Source: Shigella phage JK42. Taken from it: a DNA stretch of 64,000 bases. Shown in pieces: positions 9,074-19,017 of the stretch. The DNA is taken from the sequence record MK962756, one strand, 5' to 3'. The stretch's first letter is position 1. Each line of letters begins with the position of its first letter. The position numbers and the translations under genes were made by a program. The notes beneath the pieces were generated by a model. It did not search any database, was not told where the DNA came from, and was given only the letters and a program-made list of their open reading frames with translations.

Positions 9074-10387
9074 TCAAATAAAATGGACGTCAAAACGACC
9101 ACGAGTTGTGCCGACATACAATAACTGTTTAGCTAATTCTGAATCAGCATAATGGATACACGGTGTATAAACAAAGGCCGTGTCAACAGACATACCCTGG
9201 GCCTTATGGAAGGTTGATACTGGTAGTGCCTTCACCTTAGTGAACATACGTTTAGCATCCCAGAATTCGCTCCATGGAGCTTTACCGCCTTTATTCCAGA
9301 ATTTGTATGTTTCTGCGGTCTTAGCCAAAAACAAATTGAATTTATAAAGCTCTTCTTCAGAAGAAATAACCTTTATATCTTCGCGGATGTATTCTTCATC
9401 ATCCCCATATGTTTCTACTGTAAGATTCCAGTATCGTATCATATATTCGCCTGAAACACCACGTGCTTTAACGAATGTAGACGTTTCTACAGCATCTCGA
9501 ATACGAACGAATTGCCCATTATTGAAAAGCATTTCAGTCATATTTTTGCCATCTAGCTTGTACGTCTTAGTAAACGGCTCTTGTAGAACAATGACTTCGT
9601 CTTTAATAAATGGTTTTTCTGTTTCAAGAAGTTTTCGGCGAATAATTGAATTTAACTTGTCCACCGACTTATTTGTGAATGCCATCATTCGATTTTCGAA
9701 AAGGTCTTCAGGAGTTTTAACGACGTTAAAATAGTTCATCATATACGATTTAAGGTCTGTATATCCGTGAACACCGTGTCCATCAACTACTTTATCGTAA
9801 ATCCATTTGCCATTACGAATATCAGTCGCAACATCAATAATTGGTGCATTGCTACGTTTAACTTCTGTAAGGTTGCATTGCACGAAGTCTTTGTGAGTGA
9901 AGAAAGGACTTAGATATGCAGTTGATTCGCCTGGGTCTACCGGTCGAATCTGGCATCGGTCGCCGATTCCAATTACTGTGCACCATTTAGGGATACTAGC
10001 TAACATTATTTTAAACAGAGAACGGTCGCACATTGACGCTTCATCAAATAACAGTACACGACACAAGGCTAAGTCGGGAACCTTTTTCTGTTCAAACAAT
10101 ACGTTTTCTTCGTATGTAGTTGGGTTGATTTTAAGAATGCTATGAATAGTCGATGCTTCTTGACCTGCAAGTTTGCTTAGAACCTTTTTAGCAGCATGTG
10201 TAGGGGCTGCTAAAATAATACCTGATTCTCCGGCAGAAATAAGAGCTTCAACGATGAATCTAGTAAGGGTTGTTTTACCTGTACCAGCAGGCCCATTAAT
10301 AGTTACATGATGTTTCTTTTCTTTAATAGCGTTCATAACAACGTTGAAGGCGTTTTTCTGGCCTTCAGTCAAATCATCAAATGTCAT
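9074..10387 (-). CDS. dda: Dda DNA helicase (SF1B)
   Basis: 437 aa; MTFDDLTEGQKNAFNVVMNAIKEKKHHVTINGPAGTGKTT... matches remembered T4 Dda closely, including Walker A. Confidence 0.92.
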   Translation of the reverse strand: MTFDDLTEGQKNAFNVVMNAIKEKKHHVTINGPAGTGKTTLTRFIVEALISAGESGIILAAPTHAAKKVLSKLAGQEASTIHSILKINPTTYEENVLFEQKKVPDLALCRVLLFDEASMCDRSLFKIMLASIPKWCTVIGIGDRCQIRPVDPGESTAYLSPFFTHKDFVQCNLTEVKRSNAPIIDVATDIRNGKWIYDKVVDGHGVHGYTDLKSYMMNYFNVVKTPEDLFENRMMAFTNKSVDKLNSIIRRKLLETEKPFIKDEVIVLQEPFTKTYKLDGKNMTEMLFNNGQFVRIRDAVETSTFVKARGVSGEYMIRYWNLTVETYGDDEEYIREDIKVISSEEELYKFNLFLAKTAETYKFWNKGGKAPWSEFWDAKRMFTKVKALPVSTFHKAQGMSVDTAFVYTPCIHYADSELAKQLLYVGTTRGRFDVHFI

Positions 10388-10695
10388 CGTAAAGTCCCTG
10401 CAATTGGAATACTAACAATATGGCCTGTGTCCAGAATTCGTTGATACAATCTTTGCGTCTCCGCATCTAGTTTAACGTGTTTCATTTCAAGCTTATTAAA
10501 CCAGAACTTACGCGGAGTTTCGACCATTCTTAGAACTCCCATTTTTAAATCTGTTTTATACTGTGTTTTCAAAGTATCGAAAACTTTATCTGCAATATCC
10601 TTTCTAAAAAATACTGCAGGACGATGTTCATCAAGTGGAACTGGGACAGTAAATCCTTCCATATCTCGATAAACTATTGCATATACATAAACCAT
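10384..10695 (-). CDS. hypothetical protein at the dda.1 position
   Basis: 103-aa ORF overlapping the dda start by 4 nt. Confidence 0.5.
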   Translation of the reverse strand: MVYVYAIVYRDMEGFTVPVPLDEHRPAVFFRKDIADKVFDTLKTQYKTDLKMGVLRMVETPRKFWFNKLEMKHVKLDAETQRLYQRILDTGHIVSIPIAGTLR

Positions 10696-10697
10696 AA

Positions 10698-11444
10698 TTA
10701 ACCTTTAATCAGTTGGAATAATGATGCGCTAAGTGGTAAGCCACGTTTCAATTTTAATTTACCAATGAAACCAATCTTTTCAAAACGTTGCAGACCTTGG
10801 ATAACTTTATCATATGTATCGAAAAGCGATTCAGCGTCAGTTAATTTAGTTTTAGTTTTCCAGTCAGAGCCTTTAAGAAGAACGTTGAGTTTAGTAAGTT
10901 CATGGCCTTCTGCTTGATGTGAGCCATTAATGCGTGCTTTCAAAGCAACAATTCTAAGTTTAGATTCGTTAGATAAAGGTTGATTTTTCATCATGTTCGC
11001 CATATGCTTAACACGATTTTCACGTTTTGCTCGGATTTTTAAAATAGTATCATAAACCTTTTTAATTTGGGCCCATTTCTTCTCGTCGAGATTAAGTTTC
11101 TCTACTTTACAGGCAGAAGGATTAGCGATACGTCTTGCAACAGCGTCACGTTTCTCAATAAGTTCTTCTAATGTTAAATCAGAACGAGCCGTGTTATATT
11201 TTTTCTTAACCGGGATAACATTACCTTTAATGTAGCCGATATCGTTATTAAAACGTTCTAAGGATAATTTCTCACCTTCAACAGAGTTATTGAAAGATTC
11301 ACCTGAGTAAGCGCAGACCTTTTGATCAAGAATGTTTTTAAGGTAATTAAAGTCTAAGTTAAAATCCTTAGAGCGTCTCTTCGCAGAAGCTCTGGTGTGG
11401 TCAAGACGACGATTGATTTTGTTAATTTTATTATTTGATAACAT
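10698..11444 (-). CDS. srd: Srd-like protein (by position)
   Basis: 248 aa, basic and helical; position between dda.1 and modA as in T4; no motif-level confirmation. Confidence 0.45.
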   Translation of the reverse strand: MLSNNKINKINRRLDHTRASAKRRSKDFNLDFNYLKNILDQKVCAYSGESFNNSVEGEKLSLERFNNDIGYIKGNVIPVKKKYNTARSDLTLEELIEKRDAVARRIANPSACKVEKLNLDEKKWAQIKKVYDTILKIRAKRENRVKHMANMMKNQPLSNESKLRIVALKARINGSHQAEGHELTKLNVLLKGSDWKTKTKLTDAESLFDTYDKVIQGLQRFEKIGFIGKLKLKRGLPLSASLFQLIKG

Positions 11445-11597
11445 AATATTTTCCTCTGTCTTACGGACGTTAAGGTCATTTAGCTGATAAGCTTATAATA
11501 TCATGCCCTCAGGTAGTGTACACTCTTTTTTCGTAAAATGCTTTAATTTTTTATGTGTTATAATGGTTCTGAGTTCCATCCGGTTATTCCAATTCAG

Positions 11598-12206
11598 TCA
11601 GTAACTGACAATAGACAGATTCCAGATTGTATAACGTCCATCTTGAATAATAGAATCTACACGCAGTGTAGTCCCTATAGGGAGCATAAATTCACATTCG
11701 TCGGATATAAGTCTAGCATTAGACCGTCTTGTCGCTTCAGGGAAAGCTCCATTGAACTCACAAGATGGCGCAGCCAGAATCATGTTAAGCATATGTTCAC
11801 GGAAGTTGAAAGCAAATGGTGCATCTTTGATGCAGAACATATTAAATGTTCCGTAAAAATTATACGAAGCAAAGTTACGTGCTACACCGAACACTGGGCT
11901 GAAGCTCATTACTCTGTCAAATTTAATAATACTACCAATGCCTTTATCATCAAGTGTGGCCATAGTTTTCTTAGAGATTCCACGATACATTGTCTCAGGA
12001 ACAGAAGACGTCCAATTTCTACGAACGATTGAACTTAACTCCTGTTGAATACAGTCTGGCTTGTTTTCCATACACTGCCAAAGGATGCTTTGTTCATTAT
12101 CGTTGAATTGACTATCAATTTCGTACTGCAATACATCTTGATATTCGGGGTTTTGAGCACGACGAACCATTTCTTCAATTTCACACTCGTTATACGGCAT
12201 AAACAT
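11598..12206 (-). CDS. modA: ModA-like ADP-ribosyltransferase
   Basis: 202 aa; paralogous to the next ORF; T4 gene order srd-modA-modB; contains YRG ... S-rich ... E pattern. Confidence 0.6.
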   Translation of the reverse strand: MFMPYNECEIEEMVRRAQNPEYQDVLQYEIDSQFNDNEQSILWQCMENKPDCIQQELSSIVRRNWTSSVPETMYRGISKKTMATLDDKGIGSIIKFDRVMSFSPVFGVARNFASYNFYGTFNMFCIKDAPFAFNFREHMLNMILAAPSCEFNGAFPEATRRSNARLISDECEFMLPIGTTLRVDSIIQDGRYTIWNLSIVSY

Positions 12207-12263
12207 TTAGGTTTCTCCTGTGGTTGATAAAGGTATAATATCATCATCGGAAGAGTTTGTACA

Positions 12264-12845
12264 CTAAAAATTCAACATTTTCAAATGAATGATTTTGTAT
12301 AATCGAGATAAAGGGTCATATTCTAAGTCTTCAATTTCCACAATCTCAAATCGAGAGATGCCTGAGACCATGTACTCTTGTTCAGATTCAATCATATCTA
12401 GTACATCGATACGAGTTTCTTCCATAACATGCTTAGGGTTCTTTCCGGCGAGTACAATGTTAACCATATTTTGGTAGTAATCAAAAATGAATGGAGCATT
12501 CCTGAGACTAAGAATAGTGTACGTCTGATATTCCCATCTCCCGGAGAATTGACGAGCTGTACTGAAATCAGTTGTGAACGACGTTACTCGTCCAGGAGAC
12601 CAATGGCAACCAACAGAAAGAAGTGAAAGACGTTCTACTTCTTCTGGAGTTACACCCCGGTAGAGTTCTACTGGTACTGTAGAAGTCATATGCTTACGAA
12701 CAAGATGGTCTAATTCATAGTGGAAATCCGGGTCTTCCTTAGAATCGGTGCAAGCCCAGAGAATGTTTTGTTCTTGGCGGGTGAATTTACTATCAATAAG
12801 ATTTGTTAGATATTCACGTTCTTGAAGTTCAGATTGACATGTCAT
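12264..12845 (-). CDS. modB: ModB-like ADP-ribosyltransferase
   Basis: 193 aa; shares blocks with the modA-like ORF (QNILWxC, VPxxLYRG); early promoter upstream at ~12869-12906. Confidence 0.6.
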   Translation of the reverse strand: MTCQSELQEREYLTNLIDSKFTRQEQNILWACTDSKEDPDFHYELDHLVRKHMTSTVPVELYRGVTPEEVERLSLLSVGCHWSPGRVTSFTTDFSTARQFSGRWEYQTYTILSLRNAPFIFDYYQNMVNIVLAGKNPKHVMEETRIDVLDMIESEQEYMVSGISRFEIVEIEDLEYDPLSRLYKIIHLKMLNF

Positions 12846-13061
12846 GATAGACCTCCATTTAAAGATAAGCCTATCATAACACGAGAGGAGGGAATGTAAA
12901 CTACTTTTTAAGCTTTCCTACTAAAGGACCATCAGGACCAGGTTGTTCTAACATGAATAAGGATGCTTTAAAAAGCAATGTCAGCCCTTTCACCATTCGA
13001 TACCATGTCTCAAAGTCTTTTTCCTTGATTTCTAGTAAGAATTTCTCTTTCAATTTCTCTT

Positions 13062-13250
13062 TCATTTCCAAGGGCTCCATGGTGGAGGGTCATCATAATA
13101 AGAGGCGAGGTCTTTCAGGACATCTAATGGTAAACTAAAGCCATGACGCTGTATAATACTATCTAGTTCATCAACAAGTTCACTACGATGCACTTTAGGA
13201 GCCTCAACTTCAGGCTCGTCAAACATACTCATAAGGTCCATATTATTCAC
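13062..13250 (-). CDS. hypothetical acidic small protein
   Basis: 62-aa ORF ending ...PPPWSPWK. Confidence 0.4.
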   Translation of the reverse strand: MNNMDLMSMFDEPEVEAPKVHRSELVDELDSIIQRHGFSLPLDVLKDLASYYDDPPPWSPWK

Positions 13251-13707
13251 CTAAATAAAAACTAGGCTGCTCGGAGAATGTTTCTAGCGCTACACCTTTT
13301 GTCTTAAAAAATTTCCAAATAGCTCGTTGCAAATGGGTTAAATCTGCTAATGATGTAATAAAGTATTTTTTGGCAAAATACTTGTGGTCTCGCTTTTCAA
13401 ACAAGTCTAAACGCTTTTCAGGATTCGCATAAACGGCATTTTCTGTAGATTCATACCCTAAGTCCTTTATGCCTTCTTCAAGACTAAACGGAGAATTTTT
13501 AGAATGAGTAATAGCTCCAACTCGCTCTACACGAATTTTGTAACCTTTAGGAATCTGCAATTTGCAGAATTCTTCTACGATATATTGCGGATTATTTAGA
13601 CTTTTGTTAATGAGAATAGCTATTTCTAGTGGAGTCTTATCTTCTACTGGTATATGTTTAAACGACTTGGCTTCAAGCAAATACATTTTAAATAACATAG
13701 CATCCAT
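13243..13707 (-). CDS. hypothetical protein (mrh-region position)
   Basis: 154-aa ORF; positional guess only. Confidence 0.45.
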   Translation of the reverse strand: MDAMLFKMYLLEAKSFKHIPVEDKTPLEIAILINKSLNNPQYIVEEFCKLQIPKGYKIRVERVGAITHSKNSPFSLEEGIKDLGYESTENAVYANPEKRLDLFEKRDHKYFAKKYFITSLADLTHLQRAIWKFFKTKGVALETFSEQPSFYLGE

Positions 13708-13913
13708 TATAATTTCCTCGATGGTTCACCCATATAAAGTTTTACAATACGTTCGCCTTCATCTTCGACGAGCTTTTCTTCATGTTTCTGGAATTCTTTA
13801 GCCATATTCTCTTCAAGAACATCCAGCCAATCTTCTGGACCGACACCATCGTCCCAGCTTTTAAACCATTTAACTATCTTGTTCATTCGCAGCTCCCTGA
13901 GCTTGAACCACAA
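13707..13913 (-). CDS. hypothetical protein
   Basis: 68-aa ORF, start-stop coupled with neighbours. Confidence 0.4.
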   Translation of the reverse strand: MWFKLRELRMNKIVKWFKSWDDGVGPEDWLDVLEENMAKEFQKHEEKLVEDEGERIVKLYMGEPSRKL

Positions 13914-14096
13914 TCAGAATAACTTGACCCAGAATCACCAGGCCAAGACGATACGTATGAATGATTATAACTTGAAGAGCTTGAAGCATTAACCTGTTTT
14001 GTTTTTGGACGAACAACTTCTTCCATCATTCCGTCACCGATATATTCCCAACTTTTTTCGTGTGTATCAGGAATAGGCATCATACCTTCGCCTGGT

Positions 14097-14324
14097 TTAA
14101 CAGCAAACAACTTCTTCAGTATCGTAAGCATTAATTGTTCCTCGAACAAAACGAACACCACCGTCATCCCAGCGGATTTCGGCATTAAATTTGACGTCTT
14201 CACCATCCATCATGAATGAGTGTACGACTACATCATCGTAATATCCAAGACCGTATTTCAACGAAACTTCTTGAGCAATCAAAGCACCTAATGTGTTATT
14301 AGGTTTAATCCAACGATTTAACAT
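14097..14324 (-). CDS. hypothetical protein (shortened from ORF-track 14097..14432)
   Basis: Internal ATG at 14324..14322 is preceded by GAGGAG; the longer ORF would run through the soc terminator hairpin. Confidence 0.45.
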   Translation of the reverse strand: MLNRWIKPNNTLGALIAQEVSLKYGLGYYDDVVVHSFMMDGEDVKFNAEIRWDDGGVRFVRGTINAYDTEEVVCC

Positions 14325-14398
14325 ATTGTTCTCCTCTTGAGTAAGTAAGAATATCTTAACACAGTTTTTAGTGGTTGTAAACTGTAGAAACAAAAAAA

Positions 14399-14416
14399 GG
14401 AATCCCGAAGGATTCC
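14399..14416 (-). terminator. intrinsic terminator GGAATCC-CGAA-GGATTCC plus U7
   Basis: 7-bp stem, 4-nt loop, followed on the minus strand by UUUUUUU; 9 nt downstream of the soc stop. Confidence 0.65.
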
Positions 14417-14424
14417 TTGAATTA

Positions 14425-14661
14425 TTAACCACCTATTTGTGTAGGCGTAAACATTGCAGCATTCTTAGTTTTCCAGTCAGCTGCATCAGAAACTACAGTA
14501 GAATATGCCGCCTTTTCAGAAGGAAAGGTCTGATAATGAGAATCTGCAATCCGATGTTCGTTTGAATAAATTTCAAACGGTACAGAAACTTCCATACCTT
14601 TAACTTCTTTACCTTCACCAGCCGGACGTGTAAAGGTTTTGATATTAACGTAACCACCCAT
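14425..14661 (-). CDS. soc: small outer capsid protein Soc
   Basis: 78 aa; GYVNIKTF...HYQTFPSEKAAYSTV matches remembered T4 Soc. Confidence 0.8.
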   Translation of the reverse strand: MGGYVNIKTFTRPAGEGKEVKGMEVSVPFEIYSNEHRIADSHYQTFPSEKAAYSTVVSDAADWKTKNAAMFTPTQIGG

Positions 14662-14692
14662 AATTAACTCCTTTGTTGTTTAATTACAGGTG

Positions 14693-14700
14693 TATTTATA
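14693..14700 (-). promoter_or_regulatory. late promoter motif TATAAATA
   Basis: Plus-strand tatttata, i.e. TATAAATA on the minus strand, ~32 nt upstream of the soc ATG; soc is a late gene. Confidence 0.45.
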
Positions 14701-14706
14701 ACTTAA

Positions 14707-15228
14707 TCAGTAACCATTATCCTGACGTTCAAAGTTGTGTTGGTTTTTCAAGTAGTAAAGTTTAAAGATTTCTTCAGCCGAAAGACCTAGACCTTGGAAC
14801 ATATTTAGAACGAAATGCAGAATATCAATCATTTCAAATTTAATTTCAAGCTGGTCTTCAGGAGACAGTTCATCGATACGACGATTTCGATATTCAGCAT
14901 GTTGTGCCTTCCACGGCTTCCATACACTGCTGGCGGCTTTTTCACCATTGCTCATACCGCCAAGTGAAGTCAGCAGTTCACGGAATTCATCGTCAATATA
15001 ATCTTTCTGATTCCGCAGCCAATCAACAACATCACCAGCAGTGGCCAAATCATCAGGATGTTTGTTATGTTCAGGCTTGTCATTTGCCAGACGAACCTGT
15101 AAAGATTTCTGCATATCAAGCATTACCTGCAATGGGTCTTTATCTTCGTGAATCAGAGCATTAAAATAAGCTTCTTCTGCTTTATCAACACCAGAAATAA
15201 GTTGTGAACATTCGTTAAAGTGTGCCAT
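14707..15228 (-). CDS. 56: dCTPase/dCDPase (MazG-like dCTP pyrophosphatase)
   Basis: Matches remembered T4 gp56 (MAHFNEC...DPLQVMLDMQ...IDDEFRELLTSLG...YYLKN); start taken at the second ATG, the upstream in-frame ATG is part of an AAAGGA ribosome-binding context. Confidence 0.85.
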   Translation of the reverse strand: MAHFNECSQLISGVDKAEEAYFNALIHEDKDPLQVMLDMQKSLQVRLANDKPEHNKHPDDLATAGDVVDWLRNQKDYIDDEFRELLTSLGGMSNGEKAASSVWKPWKAQHAEYRNRRIDELSPEDQLEIKFEMIDILHFVLNMFQGLGLSAEEIFKLYYLKNQHNFERQDNGY

Positions 15229-15316
15229 TATTTTTCCTTTCAATTCAGTATAAGAGAGTTAATTCTACCATTAATTTTATAAAGCGTAATAAATAATAGG
15301 TAACTAAGGAGATATT

Positions 15317-15514
15317 ATGTTTAAACTTCCATCGTTAATCAACGCTATTAAAGGCAATAAAAAGAAAACTGCTATAGCTGCAATAGTTGTAGGTGGCATT
15401 ATTTCATGGAACTTCGGGATTGCACCGTTGTTAGTTGCCCATGGTGTTATGGTTCCTTCTGTTCCTTTGGATACTGTAGTTGATTTGGCCTTTGCTATTA
15501 TAGGGCTTGTTTAA
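15317..15514 (+). CDS. small hydrophobic (membrane) protein, plus strand
   Basis: 65 aa, largely hydrophobic; strong SD TAAGGAGA 6 nt upstream of ATG; convergent with gene 61, divergent from gene 56. Confidence 0.45.
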   Translation: MFKLPSLINAIKGNKKKTAIAAIVVGGIISWNFGIAPLLVAHGVMVPSVPLDTVVDLAFAIIGLV

Positions 15515-16533
15515 ATCTTCGAATAACGAGATAATCTCATTTTAGCATGCAACCCACTTGAAATATTCTGTTTCATATATTCTAAAATTTCTTGTGGTGT
15601 TGCATTTTCTTTCATTACCATATCATTCACATCCTTTGATCTCCATGGAGCTCGGTCCCAGAACATGACACGTTCGCCTGCATCAACTAATCGCTTCATG
15701 CGAGCTATAGTATCTGGATGCCTAGGTTCATTATCCATTACCCATACCCGACGTTCTTTAAATGGTACCACATCTAAATCTATCGAGCCGCCTGTAATAG
15801 CGATTGCATTGGGTATGAATAAACTATCAATAGGGCCTTCCATTACCCAGACGTCCCCTTCCTTAACACGTTCAACACCATAAATTTTTGTTGCAGACTC
15901 AAACGCTTTAATAGTGATATATTTCTGAGGAGCATCTTTACGAAGTGCACGTCCTTGGAATGACTCGGCCTTCCCATCTTTATTAAAAATAGGAATAACT
16001 AAACGTGGTTCGGGAATCTCTTTCTTATACGTACCAGGTTGAATCTTGTTGACCAATTTGGGCCATTCTAATGTGAACCATAATCTGTTCCACGATTCTT
16101 TAGGAATACACCGAGACTTAACATATTTCACAATAGGATGCTCTTCAGGCAACTTGTCCAGACGAGAACAAGACGGCAAAGAATTTATAGTCTTTTTCTC
16201 CGGTTCTGGTTTATGTTCATGAACCTTTTCAATCTTTGGTTCCATTCTAGCTTTTTCTTTACGAACTTCCATTAGATATTCGCGATAAAGCTCTTCATCA
16301 TACTCTTTTAAGTATCCGGAAATTGTATTGTGGTATTGACAGTTATAGCAATGTACATTACCAGGAGTACCACCGTAATACCATCCGCGGGCTTTCATTG
16401 CATCTGTCTGGGAGTCGCCACAAACTGGACAACGAAACGTTAATTTAAATGTGCTTGAATTATTGATTTGTCTAAAACGAGGGAGGTGAGAAAACGCACG
16501 ATAAGCAAATTCATTATCTATCCATTCAGCCAT
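15511..16533 (-). CDS. 61: DNA primase
   Basis: 340 aa; N-terminal zinc ribbon CPVCGD...CYNCQYH; matches T4 gp61 in length and position. Confidence 0.9.
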   Translation of the reverse strand: MAEWIDNEFAYRAFSHLPRFRQINNSSTFKLTFRCPVCGDSQTDAMKARGWYYGGTPGNVHCYNCQYHNTISGYLKEYDEELYREYLMEVRKEKARMEPKIEKVHEHKPEPEKKTINSLPSCSRLDKLPEEHPIVKYVKSRCIPKESWNRLWFTLEWPKLVNKIQPGTYKKEIPEPRLVIPIFNKDGKAESFQGRALRKDAPQKYITIKAFESATKIYGVERVKEGDVWVMEGPIDSLFIPNAIAITGGSIDLDVVPFKERRVWVMDNEPRHPDTIARMKRLVDAGERVMFWDRAPWRSKDVNDMVMKENATPQEILEYMKQNISSGLHAKMRLSRYSKI

Positions 16534-16572
16534 AGTATTCTCCAGAGGCCTTAAATTAATAAGGCCATCTTA

Positions 16573-17067
16573 TCACAACTTATTAATATTTACTTTAATT
16601 CGCTTTCTTTTCTTGGAAGGAATTTGTTCGGGACCTTTATTTACAATTGCACCTGTAGTAGTTCCTGATGCAATAGCTTGAGGGCTGCCACCTGAATCGC
16701 CAGCAACCATATCCTCAAATAAAGGGAGCTCTTTAAATATTTCTTTCTGTTGTTCTTCCGTAATGTTATAGCGTGAAGCTACAGCACTCCAGGCAGACAT
16801 CATTGAGGCCATTCCATTAAGACCTGGAACAGTGCTCATCATTCGCTTCATTGAACGAACTGAAGCATGAAAAGGTGTATAAGCCGCTTTCTCTTCAGGA
16901 GTAGAAGGACGTTTAAGAACACTTCCACGTTCATCGATGATTTTGGCTTCGTATGCTTTCCATTCGGTAAAAGGTTTTTGCATTAGTCGAATAAACTTAT
17001 ATGCGTAAACAGAATCTATTGCAGTGTTAATAATACCCATAGGTACCTCCTGAGTATATTTAATCAA
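16573..17067 (-). CDS. hypothetical protein (61.1 region)
   Basis: 164-aa ORF. Confidence 0.5.
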   Translation of the reverse strand: MIKYTQEVPMGIINTAIDSVYAYKFIRLMQKPFTEWKAYEAKIIDERGSVLKRPSTPEEKAAYTPFHASVRSMKRMMSTVPGLNGMASMMSAWSAVASRYNITEEQQKEIFKELPLFEDMVAGDSGGSPQAIASGTTTGAIVNKGPEQIPSKKRKRIKVNINKL

Positions 17068-17257
17068 TTACAAAGATTGCTTTGTCACCATTTATATCTG
17101 TGACTTCATATGTAGTGCCTTCATACTGTGGAATATTCCAAATTACACCATCATTAGCTTTTACGCTAATATGGCATTGGTGTTTTGAAACAACTTCATA
17201 ATCTTCAAAACTTGTAAAAACACTAATTTTAGAACCAGTGCAAATTGCAGTAGTCAT
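17060..17257 (-). CDS. hypothetical small protein
   Basis: 65-aa ORF. Confidence 0.4.
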   Translation of the reverse strand: MTTAICTGSKISVFTSFEDYEVVSKHQCHISVKANDGVIWNIPQYEGTTYEVTDINGDKAIFVID

Positions 17258-17258
17258 T

Positions 17259-17918
17259 TTAACCTCGATTCATAAATGCATTAAATATTTGGTCATCAAC
17301 AGAAATTTCTAATTCGACTTCAATTGCTTCAGCCTTTTCTTCAGGTGGTAATTCGTATCCACACACTACAATTTTTTCATCGATATCAAAATATATAGAA
17401 GCAATACGATTAATGTTATTTTCAGTTAAGTCCAAATCAACATCAACATCTTTTTGGCCTACACTTAGAGGATAACTAATACGGGTTATTTTATTATCTT
17501 TAACAAAGAGTCCACCAACATACTCTGTACTACGTTTGAAGTTTACACGTTTCCGAATTGAAAGATATGATACATCTTTACCGTGAGCTCGGCTCATAGG
17601 ACATAATGAATAGCTAGAATAAGAGATGTCAAATCCTACACCTTCAATATGAGCCAACGTGTCATGATTAAACCAATTATAATCATATGCCAAATCCATT
17701 ATATTGTAATATGTGAAAGGCACAGGATTAACATCATATGTTGTACCTTTAAAATCTGCCCAGGCAACGATTTCGTTATCTTTAACAATTACAAAAATTA
17801 CACCAATATGGTATCCGTTATTATTTTCATTCGGCGTTATATTATAACATTGTGCATTAGGAAATTTACCATATTTAAATGGCGCATTTTTGTGCATATA
17901 ATAAATCATATTATTCAC
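17259..17918 (-). CDS. hypothetical protein
   Basis: 219-aa ORF. Confidence 0.5.
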   Translation of the reverse strand: MNNMIYYMHKNAPFKYGKFPNAQCYNITPNENNNGYHIGVIFVIVKDNEIVAWADFKGTTYDVNPVPFTYYNIMDLAYDYNWFNHDTLAHIEGVGFDISYSSYSLCPMSRAHGKDVSYLSIRKRVNFKRSTEYVGGLFVKDNKITRISYPLSVGQKDVDVDLDLTENNINRIASIYFDIDEKIVVCGYELPPEEKAEAIEVELEISVDDQIFNAFMNRG

Positions 17919-18204
17919 CTGTGATTTCGGTTACGATATCTTTGTTATCGAAATTAGGGTCACAATACAAAACATAGTTGTACTGCATGATACCGCCAGA
18001 CTTAAGTTGTTCAACAACTTTATTAACCATATTAGGACGGTCTCGTTTAGTGATGTTCATGATATCAGAGAAGATTTGTTGTTCAACATCTTCTTGATTT
18101 GCAGTCATTGACCACTCACAGAGGTCTTTATCATAACCTGCCGTAACTGGAGCCGGTGCACATGATACTGCAAGTAAGATTGCTGCCAATGATAACTTTT
18201 TCAT
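17911..18204 (-). CDS. sp: Spackle periplasmic protein (superinfection exclusion / lysis inhibition)
   Basis: 97 aa with signal peptide; GYDKDLCEWSMTA...IMNI.KRDRP...LKSGG.MQYNYVLYCD matches remembered T4 Sp. Confidence 0.75.
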   Translation of the reverse strand: MKKLSLAAILLAVSCAPAPVTAGYDKDLCEWSMTANQEDVEQQIFSDIMNITKRDRPNMVNKVVEQLKSGGIMQYNYVLYCDPNFDNKDIVTEITGE

Positions 18205-18267
18205 TTTAACTCCTTAGTTGATTTGATAGGACTACTATACTATAGTCCATCTATAATGTAAACAAGT

Positions 18268-18516
18268 TTATTCTTTTTCGCGAATAATAATTACTTGTTG
18301 AGGCTGCTGAGCCGATTTCTTTTCGGCAACGATAGACCAAATTAAAGTTCCAATCCAACCAACCATCGTCCAGTTAAAGAGTAAAGATACAAAGAAGATT
18401 GCTGTTGTGCTTTTTGTGCCACGAATAAGTGCGATTACCCAAGGCAACATGTAAATGATGATTGAACCAATACCTGCGATTAAAACTGCTACTGAACTAG
18501 CTACGAATAATTCCAT
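18268..18516 (-). CDS. small membrane protein (two predicted TM helices)
   Basis: 82 aa, two long hydrophobic segments. Confidence 0.5.
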   Translation of the reverse strand: MELFVASSVAVLIAGIGSIIIYMLPWVIALIRGTKSTTAIFFVSLLFNWTMVGWIGTLIWSIVAEKKSAQQPQQVIIIREKE

Positions 18517-18577
18517 GTTAATTTCCTCTTGATTTGTTATGTTTATAGTATCTTGTTTTAACTTTGGTGTAAACCAA

Positions 18578-18946
18578 TTAATTAAATTTGTTTAAACGTT
18601 CAATACACTGGACGTAGTTATTCGCGATTTGTTTCTGGGTAGGCTCTTTACCAGTTGTTTCAACATAGCGAATGAATGCGATTTCAGTAGCCTGTAGACA
18701 ATGTTCTTTAACGCGTTGTTCTTTTGACAATGCTACGGTATCAGAGTCACGATAACGTTGAGCATGGGCATCAGCTTGAATCATTCGATTACCTACAGTA
18801 ACCGGGTCTTCCACTTCAACTTTAGGTTGGTCGTACTGTTTAACATTCGGATTGTAAATCAATTGGCCGACGTTATTAGGGATAAAGCCATGGGCACCAC
18901 ATCCGGTTAATCCAAACACCATTGCTAAAGCGATTAATTTTTTCAT
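18578..18946 (-). CDS. putative lipoprotein
   Basis: 122 aa; signal peptide with lipobox LTGC; early promoter upstream (18978-19014). Confidence 0.55.
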   Translation of the reverse strand: MKKLIALAMVFGLTGCGAHGFIPNNVGQLIYNPNVKQYDQPKVEVEDPVTVGNRMIQADAHAQRYRDSDTVALSKEQRVKEHCLQATEIAFIRYVETTGKEPTQKQIANNYVQCIERLNKFN

Positions 18947-19017
18947 TTCAATTTCCTCTGTAGTTGATAGAAAGATAGTAACACAGTATGTGGGGCTTGT
19001 AAACAGTTATTTTAAAA

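Noticed and set aside
13883-14206. 107-aa ORF with serine-rich C-terminus overlapping the 14097..14432 ORF by 110 nt
   Set aside because: The extensive overlap and low-complexity tail make the full-length ORF doubtful; a shorter product from an internal ATG near 14084 is possible but unsupported, so it is not listed as a feature.
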